This document shows positions 34,499-44,929 of a DNA stretch of 64,000 bases, piece after piece (position 1 is the first letter of the stretch; each line of letters starts with the position of its first letter). The position numbers and the translations under genes are program-made. This DNA comes from Candidatus Flemingiibacterium sp. (GTDB lineage: Bacteria > Bacillota > Clostridia > Oscillospirales > CAG-272). The notes beneath the pieces were generated by a model, which was given only the letters and a program-made list of their open reading frames with translations, was not told the origin of the DNA and ran no database searches. The stretch spans positions 7,767-71,766 of the forward strand of contig JAZRGK010000016.1 in NCBI GenBank assembly GCA_045644145.1. The letters run 5' to 3'.

Positions 34499-35632
34499 AT
34501 GTCGGTACAAGGTATAATTTTTTCAAATCTTCACGATAAAAACATTCCCGAGCTTACACGTCGCCGCACAATGGCATCCGTCCCCTATGCGTGCCGTTAC
34601 AGGCTTATAGATTTTGCTCTTTCCAATATGGTAAACTCGGGCATAAGCTCTGTAAGTGTCATTACACACTACAACTATCAGTCCCTTATGGATCATATCG
34701 GCTCCGGTAAGGACTGGGATCTGGCACGCCGCTCCGGCGGTATCAAAATGCTTCCCCCATACATGACGGCGTTCTCGAACAATCAGAATTTACTCTACAA
34801 TACCCGTCTTGAGGCTTTAAAGAGCGTAAACTACTCCGTTTCGCGCTTTAACGCCGATTACGTTGTGCTTTCCGACTGCGACGTTATATGCAATATCGAC
34901 CTCAACGATATGATAAACGACCATATTGCAAATAGCGCCGATATAACTATGGCAGTAAAGCGCGTGCTTCTCACAAAGGAGTCCTGCAAGCGCAATGTTA
35001 TCGTTGATTCGGACGAGGGCGGTCGTATTACCGATGTAAATGCCTATCCCCCCAACGTAACGGGCTATAGGGATATAGATCTGAACATCTTTGTCATAAA
35101 CCGTGAGTATTTGCAGAGTATAGTGGCTGATGCTATAGCCCACGGCTATACCAGCTTCAACCGTGACGTGCTTTCCCGCAACGCGTCAAGGCGCAACTAC
35201 CGTATTTACAGGTACGACGGATATTTTGCTACCATAAACTCGCTGGAAGACTATTATATGCACTCAATGGAGCTTATCGGTGATGTTAAAAACCGAGATC
35301 AGCTCTTTAACGTGAAAAATCGCCCCATATATACGAAACTTAAGAATTCCGCACCTGCAAAGTATACAGACAACGCGAAGGTAACAAATTCCCTTATTGC
35401 AGACGGCTGTGTAATAGACGGTACGGTTGAAAACTCCATTCTTTTCCGCGGTGTAAAGATAGGTAAGGGTACAACTGTCAAAAACTCAATTTTGTTCCAG
35501 GATGCTGTAACAGGGGAAAATGTGTTCCTTAACTGCGTTGTGGCTGATAAAAATGTGGTTATACGCGACGGACGTGTGCTTTCGGGGCACGAAACTTTGC
35601 CTTTCTTTATTGATAAGGGCAAGATGATATAA
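34499..35632 (+). CDS. glgD: Glucose-1-phosphate adenylyltransferase regulatory subunit GlgD
   Basis: 377 aa. It is a paralogue of GlgC lacking the GGxGxRL loop (IIFSNLHDKNIPELTRRRTMASVPYACRYRLIDFALSNMVNS). It follows glgC, as in Firmicute glgBCDAP operons. Confidence 0.85.
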   Translation: MSVQGIIFSNLHDKNIPELTRRRTMASVPYACRYRLIDFALSNMVNSGISSVSVITHYNYQSLMDHIGSGKDWDLARRSGGIKMLPPYMTAFSNNQNLLYNTRLEALKSVNYSVSRFNADYVVLSDCDVICNIDLNDMINDHIANSADITMAVKRVLLTKESCKRNVIVDSDEGGRITDVNAYPPNVTGYRDIDLNIFVINREYLQSIVADAIAHGYTSFNRDVLSRNASRRNYRIYRYDGYFATINSLEDYYMHSMELIGDVKNRDQLFNVKNRPIYTKLKNSAPAKYTDNAKVTNSLIADGCVIDGTVENSILFRGVKIGKGTTVKNSILFQDAVTGENVFLNCVVADKNVVIRDGRVLSGHETLPFFIDKGKMI

Positions 35633-35662
35633 AATGTCAAACAGAAAGGAACGGTCATCACC

Positions 35663-37090
35663 ATGAAAAAGATACTTTATGTGGCGTCCGAAGCGTTGCC
35701 CTTTGCGGCAACGGGCGGACTTGGCGATGTGCTTGGTTCGCTCCCGGCAGCGCTTAAGCGCACGAGTCCCGATACCGATGTGCGTGTGGTTCTTCCCATG
35801 TACGCAGGTGTTGCGGATAAATATAAAGATAAGATGAAAAAAGAAGCGGAATTCACCGTTTCTTTGTCTTGGCGACGTCAGTACTGCGGCGTATGGTCGT
35901 ATGACCTTAACGGCGTTACTTATTACTTTATTGACAACGAATATTATTTTAAGCGTGCTTCCCTTTACGGAAGCTTTGATGACGGTGAGAGATACGCATA
36001 TTTCTGCAAAGCGGTTATGGAAATGATGCCTCATATCGGCTTTGTGCCGGATATACTCCACTGCCATGACTGGCAGAGCGCACTGTGCGTTATTTATCTC
36101 AAACGTAAATACTGCTATCTCGATGAATACGCCCATATGAAGGCAGTGTACACCATACACAATATAGGCTATCAGGGAATCTATAATTTCGATATCCTTG
36201 GGGATATCTTCTGCCTTGATTCATGGGACCGATATGTGGTGGAGTACGACGGATGCATAAATCTCACAAAGGGTGCAATAGTATGCTGTGACAGGCTTAC
36301 AACCGTAAGCCCGAGATATGCCGAGGAGATACAGACAGAATACTATTCAAGCGGACTTCATCATATAATCCGCATGTGCAGTGAGAAATGCTCCGGAATC
36401 ATCAACGGAATTGATACGGATTACTATAATCCCGAAACCGACAGTATGATAGAGAAGAACTTTTCTCTTGATACAGTGGAAGACAAGAGTGTGAATAAAA
36501 CAGATCTCCAAAAGAAAGTCGGTCTTCCCATAAGAGTGGATGTTCCGCTTATAGCAATGGTGTCGCGCCTTGCCGCACACAAGGGATTTGACCTTGTAAG
36601 ACATGTAGCAGACGATATTTTACAGGATGATGTGCAGTTTGTGCTCCTGGGCACGGGAGAGGCGGAGCTTGAAGATTTCTTTGCTGATCTTTCGCGCCGC
36701 TATCCTGAAAAATGCGCGGCAATTATCGATTTCGATAAGGAGCTTGCAAAGAGAATATACGCTTCGGCGGATATATTCCTTATGCCGTCTAAGTCTGAGC
36801 CGTGCGGACTTGCGCAGATGATAGCCTCACGCTACGGTACAGTTCCTGTAGTCCGTGAAACGGGCGGACTTGCCGATACTATAAAGCCCTACAATCCCGA
36901 AACGGGAGAAGGCAACGGCATTACGTTCCTCACATACAACGCCCACGATATGTTAAACGCAGTTCACCGTGTATGCGCGCTGTACCGTGATGCGGACAGA
37001 TGGGATGAGCTTACGGCAAACGCCATGAAAATGGATTTTTCATGGGATGCTTCGGCGAAAAAATATCTCGCCATGTATGATAACCTCTGA
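35663..37090 (+). CDS. glgA: Glycogen synthase (ADP-glucose type, GT5)
   Basis: 475 aa. The sequence has ASEALPFAATGGLGDV, HCHDWQSAL and PSKSEPCGLAQM. Confidence 0.95.
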   Translation: MKKILYVASEALPFAATGGLGDVLGSLPAALKRTSPDTDVRVVLPMYAGVADKYKDKMKKEAEFTVSLSWRRQYCGVWSYDLNGVTYYFIDNEYYFKRASLYGSFDDGERYAYFCKAVMEMMPHIGFVPDILHCHDWQSALCVIYLKRKYCYLDEYAHMKAVYTIHNIGYQGIYNFDILGDIFCLDSWDRYVVEYDGCINLTKGAIVCCDRLTTVSPRYAEEIQTEYYSSGLHHIIRMCSEKCSGIINGIDTDYYNPETDSMIEKNFSLDTVEDKSVNKTDLQKKVGLPIRVDVPLIAMVSRLAAHKGFDLVRHVADDILQDDVQFVLLGTGEAELEDFFADLSRRYPEKCAAIIDFDKELAKRIYASADIFLMPSKSEPCGLAQMIASRYGTVPVVRETGGLADTIKPYNPETGEGNGITFLTYNAHDMLNAVHRVCALYRDADRWDELTANAMKMDFSWDASAKKYLAMYDNL

Positions 37091-37121
37091 TATATAAGGA
37101 TAAAAAAGGAAAAACAAACCG

Positions 37122-39557
37122 ATGAACAGTAATTTTACCAAAGCACAGATAAAAGATGCAATAAACGCAAAGCTTGCGCGCTACTTTGGCGTATCTCCTG
37201 ACGAAGCCTCAAAGGAGCAGGTGTATAAGTCCGTTATACTCTCGGTTAAGGATATACTCACCGAAAAGCGCAGTGAATTTAAGAAAGATACGAAAAAGCA
37301 GCGCGGCAAAAAAGTGTATTATCTCTGTATGGAGTTTCTTGTAGGCAGGTCACTTAAGAATAATCTCAGAAACCTCGGTGTCGCCGATGTTTACGGCGAG
37401 GTGCTCTCGGAGATGGGATTTGAGCTTGATGAGATATATACAATGGAGCCTGACCCCGGACTTGGCAACGGCGGTCTTGGACGTCTTGCGGCTTGCTTTA
37501 TGGACGGTCTTACCACACTGGATTACCCTGCTACCGGTTTTTCCATACTCTACGAGTACGGACTTTTTAAGCAGCGTATAATCGACGGCGATCAGATAGA
37601 GCTTCCTGATATATGGATGCCGGACGGCGACGTGTGGCTCGTGCCTCGCCATGATAAGGCATGCACTGTAAGGCTTGGCGGTCATATTTCCGAAAAGTGG
37701 GAGATGGGCAAATGCAACATCACCCACGAGGGCGGAGATGAGATACAGGCTGTGCCATACGATATGATGATATCCGGTGCTGATTCCAAGGCTGTGAATA
37801 TTCTTCGCCTGTGGAAAGCTTGCGATACCCAGAATTTTAACATGGGACTTTTCTCCCAGGGACAGTATGTCAAGGCAATGGAGGAAAGCACCAATGCGGC
37901 GACCATATCAAAGGTGCTGTATCCCTCGGATAATCACATGGAGGGCAAGTATCTGCGTCTTTCACAGCAGTATTTTCTCGTATCCGCATCTCTCCAGAGT
38001 ATTATATCCGACCATCTGACCACATATGGCTCTCTTGGGGGATTTGCTGAGAAGGTGGCTATTCATATAAACGACACCCATCCGGCGCTTGTTATCCCGG
38101 AGCTTATGCGTATTTTAATAGATATATACTCTTTCTCCTGGGACGACGCATGGCGGCTTGTTACTTCTACGGTTTCCTATACCAACCATACGGTAATGCC
38201 GGAAGCCCTTGAAACCTGGAATGAGGATCTGTTCCGAATTAAGCTTCCCCGTATCTACGAAATCACAAACGAGATCAATCGCCGTTTTTGCGGCGAGCTT
38301 TGGGCTGCGTATCCCGGAGATTGGGATCGCATTTCCCGTATGTCTATTTTGGGCTACGGTCAGATAAGAATGGCAAATCTCTCGGTGGTGGGCTCACACA
38401 CTGTAAACGGTGTTTCAAAGCTTCACTCCGATATTCTTAAAAAGACGGTATTCCACGATTTCTACAAATACACCCCATGGAAATTCACCAATGTAACCAA
38501 CGGTGTTGCTCACAGACGTTGGATGTGCCACGCAAATCCACAGCTTACCGCTCTCATCGATGAATGTATCGGCGACAGATGGCACAAAGAAGATCCCGAG
38601 GCGCTGAACGAATTCGCAAAGTTTGCGGAGGATAAGGCGGTGCTTTCACGTATTGAATCAATAAAACGGGCTAATAAGGCGAATTTCGCCATATACACCA
38701 AGAATAAAACGGGCATCTCTCTTGACCCCGATTCTGTGTTTGACGTGCAGATAAAGCGCATGCACGAATATAAGCGCCAGCTTCTCAATGCGCTCCGCAT
38801 AATCAGCCTTTATGTGCAGCTTAAAGAGAATCCGAGCCTTGATATTACGCCCCAGACCTTTATCTTCGGGGCAAAGGCGGCGCCCGGATACTATATGGCG
38901 AAAAATATCATCAAGCTCATATCCTACATCGGCGCAGATATTGAGGCGGATCCGGTGCTCCGCGAAAAGCTTCGCGTTGTATTCATGGAGGACTACAATG
39001 TAAGTCTTGCGGAGGTGCTTATTCCTGCGGCGGATATATCCGAGCAGATATCCCTTGCCGGAAAGGAAGCAAGCGGTACGGGATGCATGAAGCTTATGGC
39101 AAACGGTGCTCTGACTATCGGAACGATGGATGGTGCAAATGTGGAGATACACGCCCATGTAGGTGACGAGAATATGTATATATTCGGCCTTACTACCGAT
39201 GAGGTGGACGATCTTTGGAAGCGCGGTTACAATGCGGCGGCGTACTATCTTGCCAGTGAGCGCCTGCGTGCGGCGGTGGATGCCCTCGATATTGGATTTG
39301 CCGGACGCTCCTTCAGCGACATCAAGCAGTATCTTATAAACTCCCAGTACGCACACGGCGTGGCTGACCCTTATATGTGCATAGCTGATTTCGATTCCTA
39401 TTTTGCGGTTCACGAAAGAATGATAAAGGACTACGAAAATCGCGAGAAGTGGAACCGCATGTCGCTTATCAATACTGCCAGATCGGGTTATTTTGCCTCT
39501 GACCGTTCAATACGCGAATATGCCGATAATATCTGGCATATAAAGCCTATAAAATAA
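37122..39557 (+). CDS. glgP: Glycogen/maltodextrin phosphorylase (GT35)
   Basis: 811 aa. The sequence has GLGNGGLGRLAACF and the PLP-Lys region ISLAGKEASGTGCMKLMANGALTIGTMDGANVE. Confidence 0.95.
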   Translation: MNSNFTKAQIKDAINAKLARYFGVSPDEASKEQVYKSVILSVKDILTEKRSEFKKDTKKQRGKKVYYLCMEFLVGRSLKNNLRNLGVADVYGEVLSEMGFELDEIYTMEPDPGLGNGGLGRLAACFMDGLTTLDYPATGFSILYEYGLFKQRIIDGDQIELPDIWMPDGDVWLVPRHDKACTVRLGGHISEKWEMGKCNITHEGGDEIQAVPYDMMISGADSKAVNILRLWKACDTQNFNMGLFSQGQYVKAMEESTNAATISKVLYPSDNHMEGKYLRLSQQYFLVSASLQSIISDHLTTYGSLGGFAEKVAIHINDTHPALVIPELMRILIDIYSFSWDDAWRLVTSTVSYTNHTVMPEALETWNEDLFRIKLPRIYEITNEINRRFCGELWAAYPGDWDRISRMSILGYGQIRMANLSVVGSHTVNGVSKLHSDILKKTVFHDFYKYTPWKFTNVTNGVAHRRWMCHANPQLTALIDECIGDRWHKEDPEALNEFAKFAEDKAVLSRIESIKRANKANFAIYTKNKTGISLDPDSVFDVQIKRMHEYKRQLLNALRIISLYVQLKENPSLDITPQTFIFGAKAAPGYYMAKNIIKLISYIGADIEADPVLREKLRVVFMEDYNVSLAEVLIPAADISEQISLAGKEASGTGCMKLMANGALTIGTMDGANVEIHAHVGDENMYIFGLTTDEVDDLWKRGYNAAAYYLASERLRAAVDALDIGFAGRSFSDIKQYLINSQYAHGVADPYMCIADFDSYFAVHERMIKDYENREKWNRMSLINTARSGYFASDRSIREYADNIWHIKPIK

Positions 39558-41461
39558 TGTTTTTACTTGATTTAAATGATATTTTAAAATTAAAGACCGC
39601 TTTAGAGAAGCTTTCCGAAAAGCTTGGAGAGGCATCTCTCTTTGGTGCTTTTGCGTGGGACGACACTCTTACCCTTAAGGTAAGAGTGCCTCGCGTTTTG
39701 TGTGCGTCTGAGGTTTCTCTCAGTCTGTACCGCGACAGCGATATGTCAACGCGCAGAATTTCCGCAGGGCTTTCCGAATTCGGAGCTTCTGCTGATGTTT
39801 ATTCGCTTACATTAAAGCTCTCGGAGCTTTGCGGCGAGCGCGAGGGTGGGCTGTTTTACTATAATTTTTGCATTACCACACCCTTGGGCGATGTATATAC
39901 AAGCCGTGACGGAAGTCTTTATCAGAATGAGGATTCGGTGTCCAGTGTACAGCTTACAGTCTGCACGCCATCACTGTATGTTCCGGAAAAATTCCGTATC
40001 GGCATGATGTATCAGATATTCGTTGACCGCTTTTTCGACGGCGGCAGACCGATTTTGCCGGACAGCGGAAAAATACGCAATCCCGATTGGGAAAACGGTA
40101 CACCAATGTACGCCGAAAAGCCGGGGGATGCCCTTGCAAACAATGAGTTTTTCGGCGGAAATCTGTGGGGGGTGGCGGATAAGCTTGACTATATCGCATC
40201 CCTTGGGGTGGATACGCTCTATCTTTGCCCAATATTTGAGGCGGCATCCAATCACAAATATGACACTGGGGATTATACAAAGGTTGACCGAATGTTTGGT
40301 GGTGAGGAAGCTCTCGCTCACCTTGTATCCGAATGTAAGGCGAGAGGGATGCATATTATTCTTGACGGCGTATTCAACCATACAGGGGCTGACAGCCGAT
40401 ATTTCAACAAATTTGGTAATTACGATACAGTAGGTGCGTACAACTCCAAGGATTCGGAGTACTATAAATGGTATTCTTTTTACGAGTATCCTGACAGCTA
40501 CAACTGCTGGTGGGGGATAAAGATATTGCCTGCAGTAAAAAGCGAGGAGCCGTCGTACCGCGAGTTTATCTGCGGCGAGGATGGAATCATACGCCGTTGG
40601 CTGAGATTCGGAATTGACGGATGGCGGCTTGATGTGGCGGATGAGCTTTCAGATGGCTTTTTGGATAGCCTAAAATCTGCGGCAAGAGCGGAAAATCCCG
40701 ATGCGTTTGTAATAGGCGAGGTTTGGGAGGATGCTTCAAACAAAATAGCCTACGACAAACGCCGCAGGTATTTCAGCTCGGGACAGCTTGACTCGGTTAT
40801 GAACTATCCGCTTAAGGAAGCGGTGGTGGAATATATACTGAGCGGAAATTGCAGTCGGCTTTTGGTGACCGCATCAGAGCTTTATGCTCATTATCCCACA
40901 GAAGTGAGCCATTCCCTTATGAATTTCCTCGGAACACACGATACGGAGCGGATTTTAACCGTGCTGGCGGACGTGGGCGCAAAGGCTATGACGAATAGGG
41001 AGCTTGCCGGCTTAAGACTAAATGAGAAGCAGCGCAGGCTTGCAAGAAAACGTCTTAAGCTTGCATGGATGCTGCTGTGTGCTTTCCCGGGGATTCCATG
41101 TATATATTACGGCGATGAAGCAGGCATGGAGGGCGGACGGGATCCCTTTAACCGCATGCCATATGTATGGGGACATGAGGACAAGGAGCTTTTAGGCTTT
41201 TACCGTAAGATTGGCGCTCTCAGAAAGGGCGAAAAGCTGTTTTCCGAGGGCGATCTTCGCATAATTGATACGGGGGACGCCGGGCAATTTATGCTTTGCC
41301 GAAGCCTCGGAGGCAGAACCCTTGCCGCTTGTGTGAATATGTCGGACAGAGATTGGAATGTAGAGTTTGACAAATCCCCGATCCGACTTCTCGGCAGAGG
41401 GCGGTGCGATACTATTGTTACTCTGCCGCCGGAAAGCGGCGAATACTTCGTTTTGCTGTAA
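39557..41461 (+). CDS. GH13 alpha-amylase-family glycosidase (neopullulanase/cyclomaltodextrinase-like)
   Basis: 634 aa. The ATG overlaps the glgP stop by 1 nt (TAATG). GH13 regions I-IV are DGVFNHTG, GWRLDVADE, IGEVWED and FLGTHDTER. Confidence 0.85.
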   Translation: MFLLDLNDILKLKTALEKLSEKLGEASLFGAFAWDDTLTLKVRVPRVLCASEVSLSLYRDSDMSTRRISAGLSEFGASADVYSLTLKLSELCGEREGGLFYYNFCITTPLGDVYTSRDGSLYQNEDSVSSVQLTVCTPSLYVPEKFRIGMMYQIFVDRFFDGGRPILPDSGKIRNPDWENGTPMYAEKPGDALANNEFFGGNLWGVADKLDYIASLGVDTLYLCPIFEAASNHKYDTGDYTKVDRMFGGEEALAHLVSECKARGMHIILDGVFNHTGADSRYFNKFGNYDTVGAYNSKDSEYYKWYSFYEYPDSYNCWWGIKILPAVKSEEPSYREFICGEDGIIRRWLRFGIDGWRLDVADELSDGFLDSLKSAARAENPDAFVIGEVWEDASNKIAYDKRRRYFSSGQLDSVMNYPLKEAVVEYILSGNCSRLLVTASELYAHYPTEVSHSLMNFLGTHDTERILTVLADVGAKAMTNRELAGLRLNEKQRRLARKRLKLAWMLLCAFPGIPCIYYGDEAGMEGGRDPFNRMPYVWGHEDKELLGFYRKIGALRKGEKLFSEGDLRIIDTGDAGQFMLCRSLGGRTLAACVNMSDRDWNVEFDKSPIRLLGRGRCDTIVTLPPESGEYFVLL

Positions 41462-41713
41462 TGCACAAAAAGGGCAAAAAAAATTGTGCATTTGAACGAA
41501 AATTATGTTTTTTCGCCTTTGCACTTCAAATTCCCTATGTTCTATGATATAATAAAAGCAATAAATATCTCCGCTTTGCTTCGGCAAGGCTAAGGAAGCT
41601 TTTATTTGATCATAAATTTTCAGTAAAACAAAAGTTCAAGGAAATTTATGATATAATAATGCTGTTAGACTATGTCATAAAACCTCATAACTTAGAAAGG
41701 AATTATTATAATC

Positions 41714-42133
41714 ATGAAAATGCGTGTTCTTTATTCCACAAGCAAAAAGAAGCTTATCAATATTGCCGATATGATCACGGCAGGCTATGCTACCGAGAAG
41801 GTTAACTGCATGGATAAAATCCCCCCTGCATACTCCTGCGACAAGGAACGTCTTGTTGTTATTCTTGCTACCGTAGGCAAGGATGCACCGAACTCTCTCG
41901 TGCTTTTCTGCAAGGAGCTTACTAAGGTTCGTGCCGCTAATGTAGCATTCATTATCGATGGACCTGCTGAGGGTGCGAAGATACTTGTTGATGCAGTTAA
42001 GGAAGCAGGATCCAACGCTATTGAAGACGTTCTTTACATAAAGGGCGGACTTCCTTTTCTTGGCGGTGTCAAGGACGAGGAAAAAGCGGCTGTTACTGCT
42101 TGGATGGACAAGATTTCCGCTGACCTTAAGTAA
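41714..42133 (+). CDS. Hypothetical protein with a flavodoxin-like alternating pattern but no recognisable FMN-binding loop
   Basis: 139 aa with an AAAGGA RBS. MRVLYSTSKKKLINIADMI...LVVILATVGKD...VAFIIDGP suggests a beta-alpha-beta fold. No family was recognised. Confidence 0.55.
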   Translation: MKMRVLYSTSKKKLINIADMITAGYATEKVNCMDKIPPAYSCDKERLVVILATVGKDAPNSLVLFCKELTKVRAANVAFIIDGPAEGAKILVDAVKEAGSNAIEDVLYIKGGLPFLGGVKDEEKAAVTAWMDKISADLK

Positions 42134-42144
42134 GGATTATAATG

Positions 42145-42172
42145 AAAAAAGCTGCCGTATGGCAGCTTTTTT
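42145..42172. terminator. Bidirectional terminator between two convergent small genes
   Basis: 12-bp stem aaaaaagctgcc/ggcagctttttt with loop gtat. Confidence 0.8.
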
Positions 42173-42180
42173 ATCGGTTG

Positions 42181-42453
42181 TCAGGTTTCTTTTCCGCAGA
42201 GTGCCGCTATCATAAACCGTACCCCAAGCTTGAATCCTTTTTCAAACACTTCTTCCTCGGTAATGGTCTGTCTGTCAAGCATCATGGAGATACACTTTTC
42301 GTACTTTGACTTTTCGTCGTCTGTGAATGAGGCGGTCAGTTCATCCTCGGCTTTTGAAATTTCTCTTGAAATTCGTGAATAATCTCCGCTTTTCCACGGA
42401 CTGCGCTCTATGGGCTTAATATTTCCGTTCCAAAGCTCTTTTATAATGTTCAT
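42181..42453 (-). CDS. Small hypothetical protein (resembles the DUF6809-type family common in clostridial mobile elements)
   Basis: 90 aa from ATG 42453, after AAGGAGA. The N-terminus MNIIKELWNGNIKPIE and C-terminal FEKGFKLGVRFMIAAL match that family from memory. This is not verified. Confidence 0.55.
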   Translation of the reverse strand: MNIIKELWNGNIKPIERSPWKSGDYSRISREISKAEDELTASFTDDEKSKYEKCISMMLDRQTITEEEVFEKGFKLGVRFMIAALCGKET

Positions 42454-42546
42454 GATTTTATCTCCTTTTAAGTTGGTATATATATCATACCACATTTAAA
42501 CGGAATTGTATATATTTAAATTATGTTATTTTTTATAATACTTTTG

Positions 42547-42578
42547 TATTATATTTATATTATATTTGTATTATAAAG
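42547..42578. repeat. Three tandem 11-bp AT-rich repeats (TATTATATTTn)
   Basis: tattatattt-a-tattatattt-g-tattataaag. They lie about 95 nt upstream of the small gene's start at 42453. Confidence 0.7.
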
Positions 42579-42651
42579 TGATTATTTGTCCTTCCTTGTG
42601 TGCGGACACTTTGCGGATTCAACGGGTATATAAAAAATGAACAATTACATG

Positions 42652-42727
42652 GTAGGGGAGGGGCTTGCTCCTCCCGCCGTTCGGTTATCGGTTATCGAAA
42701 AACGGGAGGAGCAAGCCCCTCCCCTAC
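42652..42727. repeat. Long perfect palindrome, copy 2 of the REP-like element
   Basis: 25-bp arms gtaggggaggggcttgctcctcccg (42652-42676)/cgggaggagcaagcccctcccctac (42703-42727). The 26-nt loop contains a tandem CGGTTAT x2. Confidence 0.85.
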
Positions 42728-42818
42728 GCGGTTGTTGTTAGTTATGCCAAATGTCATAGTATGTCCACAATGATACGCGGCGAGGGAAGTCCCTCGCCGC
42801 GTATGTATTTATGCAGTT

Positions 42819-43565
42819 TTATTTGTCCGTATTTTCGTCCTTTTTCTCACCCTTAATAAACTTATCCTTTTTCTTAAGGCTGAACTTGTTTTCCGTGCCG
42901 GACATAAGGCGTTTCAGATTCTCTCTGTGAAGCCATACCACAAGTACGGTGTTCAGAATAGATACAATAGCAACTACAGCACCCTCAGATAAGCCGCCGT
43001 TTACAAATGGGTATAAGCGGTTGAGGAGAAGCGGATAGAGGATCATACCCATTATAGAGCCGAGGGAAAGATATTTTGTTGATGCCACAAGCAGAACGAA
43101 TATTATAAAAAGAATGAGGAATACAAGCGGTTCAAGAACAAGCAGTGCCGATGCGGTTACAACGATACCTTTTCCACCCTTGAAGCCGTAGTAGTAGGGG
43201 AATGCGTGACCAATCACACAGAAAAGGCTTGCAATGTACGCACCTGCCTCACCAGCGAGCAACATACCGATAAGCACGGAAACCATGGCCTTTGCCATGT
43301 CACCAAGCAAAGTAAACGCCGCCGCAGCTTTACCGTAGGTACGGAGCATATTTGTCATGCCTGCGTTTCCGCTTCCGTATCGGCGGATGTCGTCCCCAAA
43401 TTTGTATTTTGAAATTATGATGGCGAAATTAAGTCCGCCGAGGAAATAGGCTATGACAGCGCCAAGTACGCAGAGCGCAATCACGATCCAAAGAGATATT
43501 TCATTTGCGTCACCTGCGATAAGTCTTGTTACAAAACCGTCGCGAAGCATTTCACTCAGTGTCAT
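42819..43565 (-). CDS. plsY: Glycerol-3-phosphate acyltransferase PlsY
   Basis: 248 aa. The core reads GSGNAGMTNMLRTYGK...GDMAKA...GHAFPYYYGFKGGKG. It has N-terminal (~25 aa) and Lys-rich C-terminal extensions. It overlaps der by 4 nt. Confidence 0.9.
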   Translation of the reverse strand: MTLSEMLRDGFVTRLIAGDANEISLWIVIALCVLGAVIAYFLGGLNFAIIISKYKFGDDIRRYGSGNAGMTNMLRTYGKAAAAFTLLGDMAKAMVSVLIGMLLAGEAGAYIASLFCVIGHAFPYYYGFKGGKGIVVTASALLVLEPLVFLILFIIFVLLVASTKYLSLGSIMGMILYPLLLNRLYPFVNGGLSEGAVVAIVSILNTVLVVWLHRENLKRLMSGTENKFSLKKKDKFIKGEKKDENTDK

Positions 43566-44893
43566 TCTGCTTTATCTCCCTTCTGCCGTATAACTATTTT
43601 TATGGGTGTTCCGCGGAAGCCGAATACCTCTCTGAGCTGATTTTCTATATAACGCTGATATGAGAAGTGGAAAAGCTCCGCGTTGTTGCAGAAAATAACA
43701 AATGTAGGCGGACGGGTATCGGTCTGAGTCATGTAGTAGACCTTGAGATGGCGTCCCTTGTCCGACGGGGGCTGAACACGGGCTGTGGCATCGTTCAGCA
43801 CGTCATTGAGCATGCCCGTAGATATGCGTGTGCAGTTCTGATTGTAAACGTAGTTGATAAGCTCAAAAAGCTTGGTTACACGCTGACCGGTCTTCGCGGA
43901 AACGTACAAGGTAGGCGCGTAAGTCATGTAAGACAGAGAGTTATACACCTTTTTGTCGTATTCCACTGTGTTTTTGTCTTCTGTTTCAAGTGTGTCCCAC
44001 TTGTTAATAACGATAATGCACGCTTTTCCCGATTCGTGAGCGATTCCGGCGATCTTCTCGTCCTGTTCGGTAACACCCTCGTTTGCGTCTATCATGATAA
44101 CGCATACATCGGCGCGCTCAACCGCCATTTTGGAGCGAAGTACGCTGAATTTCTCAATGCGGTCCTCAACCTTAGACTGACGGCGGATGCCGGCAGTGTC
44201 GATAAATGTGTATTTCCCGAATTCATTCTCAACTCTCGTATCAACCGCATCACGGGTGGTTCCGGGAATGTCGGAAACGATGAGGCGATCTTCGCCGAGA
44301 ATCTTGTTGATTATGGAACTCTTTCCTGCGTTTGGTTTACCTATAACAGCTACCTTGATAATGTCGGAATCGTCCTCTTTTTCTTCGTCAGCAGGACAAA
44401 GCTCAAGCACGCGGTCGAGAAGATCACCGGAGCCTGTACCGTGAACAGAGGAAAGCTGGATCGGCTCACCGTCGATGCCAAGCTCGTAAAATTCGTAGAA
44501 CTCCATAGGCGGTGCACCAACGGAATCGCACTTATTCACCGCAAGTATAAGGGGCTTCTGGCTCTTTATAAGCATGGTTGCGATATCTCGGTCAGCGGCG
44601 GTAAGCCCCGTAGTAACGTCTACCATGAAAACGATCACGTCCGCCGTGGAAACAGCAACCTCTGCCTGATTTTTCATTTGCTTTAAAATTATATCATCGG
44701 ATTTCGGCTCGATACCTCCCGTATCTACAAGCATCATGGCTCTGCCGTTCCATTCGATCTCGTAATAGATACGGTCGCGTGTAACGCCGGGCGTATCCTC
44801 AACGATGGATATGCGCTCGCCTGCAAGCTTATTGAAAAGCGTGCTCTTGCCAACGTTAGGTCTTCCTACGATAGCTATAACCGGTTTTGACAT
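43562..44893 (-). CDS. der: Ribosome-associated GTPase Der/EngA (tandem G domains)
   Basis: 443 aa. The two P-loops are GRPNVGKST and GKPNAGKSS. A KH-like C-terminus is present. Confidence 0.95.
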   Translation of the reverse strand: MSKPVIAIVGRPNVGKSTLFNKLAGERISIVEDTPGVTRDRIYYEIEWNGRAMMLVDTGGIEPKSDDIILKQMKNQAEVAVSTADVIVFMVDVTTGLTAADRDIATMLIKSQKPLILAVNKCDSVGAPPMEFYEFYELGIDGEPIQLSSVHGTGSGDLLDRVLELCPADEEKEDDSDIIKVAVIGKPNAGKSSIINKILGEDRLIVSDIPGTTRDAVDTRVENEFGKYTFIDTAGIRRQSKVEDRIEKFSVLRSKMAVERADVCVIMIDANEGVTEQDEKIAGIAHESGKACIIVINKWDTLETEDKNTVEYDKKVYNSLSYMTYAPTLYVSAKTGQRVTKLFELINYVYNQNCTRISTGMLNDVLNDATARVQPPSDKGRHLKVYYMTQTDTRPPTFVIFCNNAELFHFSYQRYIENQLREVFGFRGTPIKIVIRQKGDKAE

Positions 44894-44929
44894 ATATGTT
44901 TTCTCCTTTCCGGATGAGTATTTATTGTT

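Noticed and set aside
31140-41461. glgB-glgC-glgD-glgA-glgP-GH13 cluster as something novel
   Set aside because: This is the classical Firmicute glycogen operon with one extra GH13 enzyme. The overlapping stop/start (TAATG) is ordinary translational coupling.
42665-42856. 63-aa plus-strand ORF
   Set aside because: It starts inside the REP-like palindrome and overlaps the plsY 3' end. It has no RBS.
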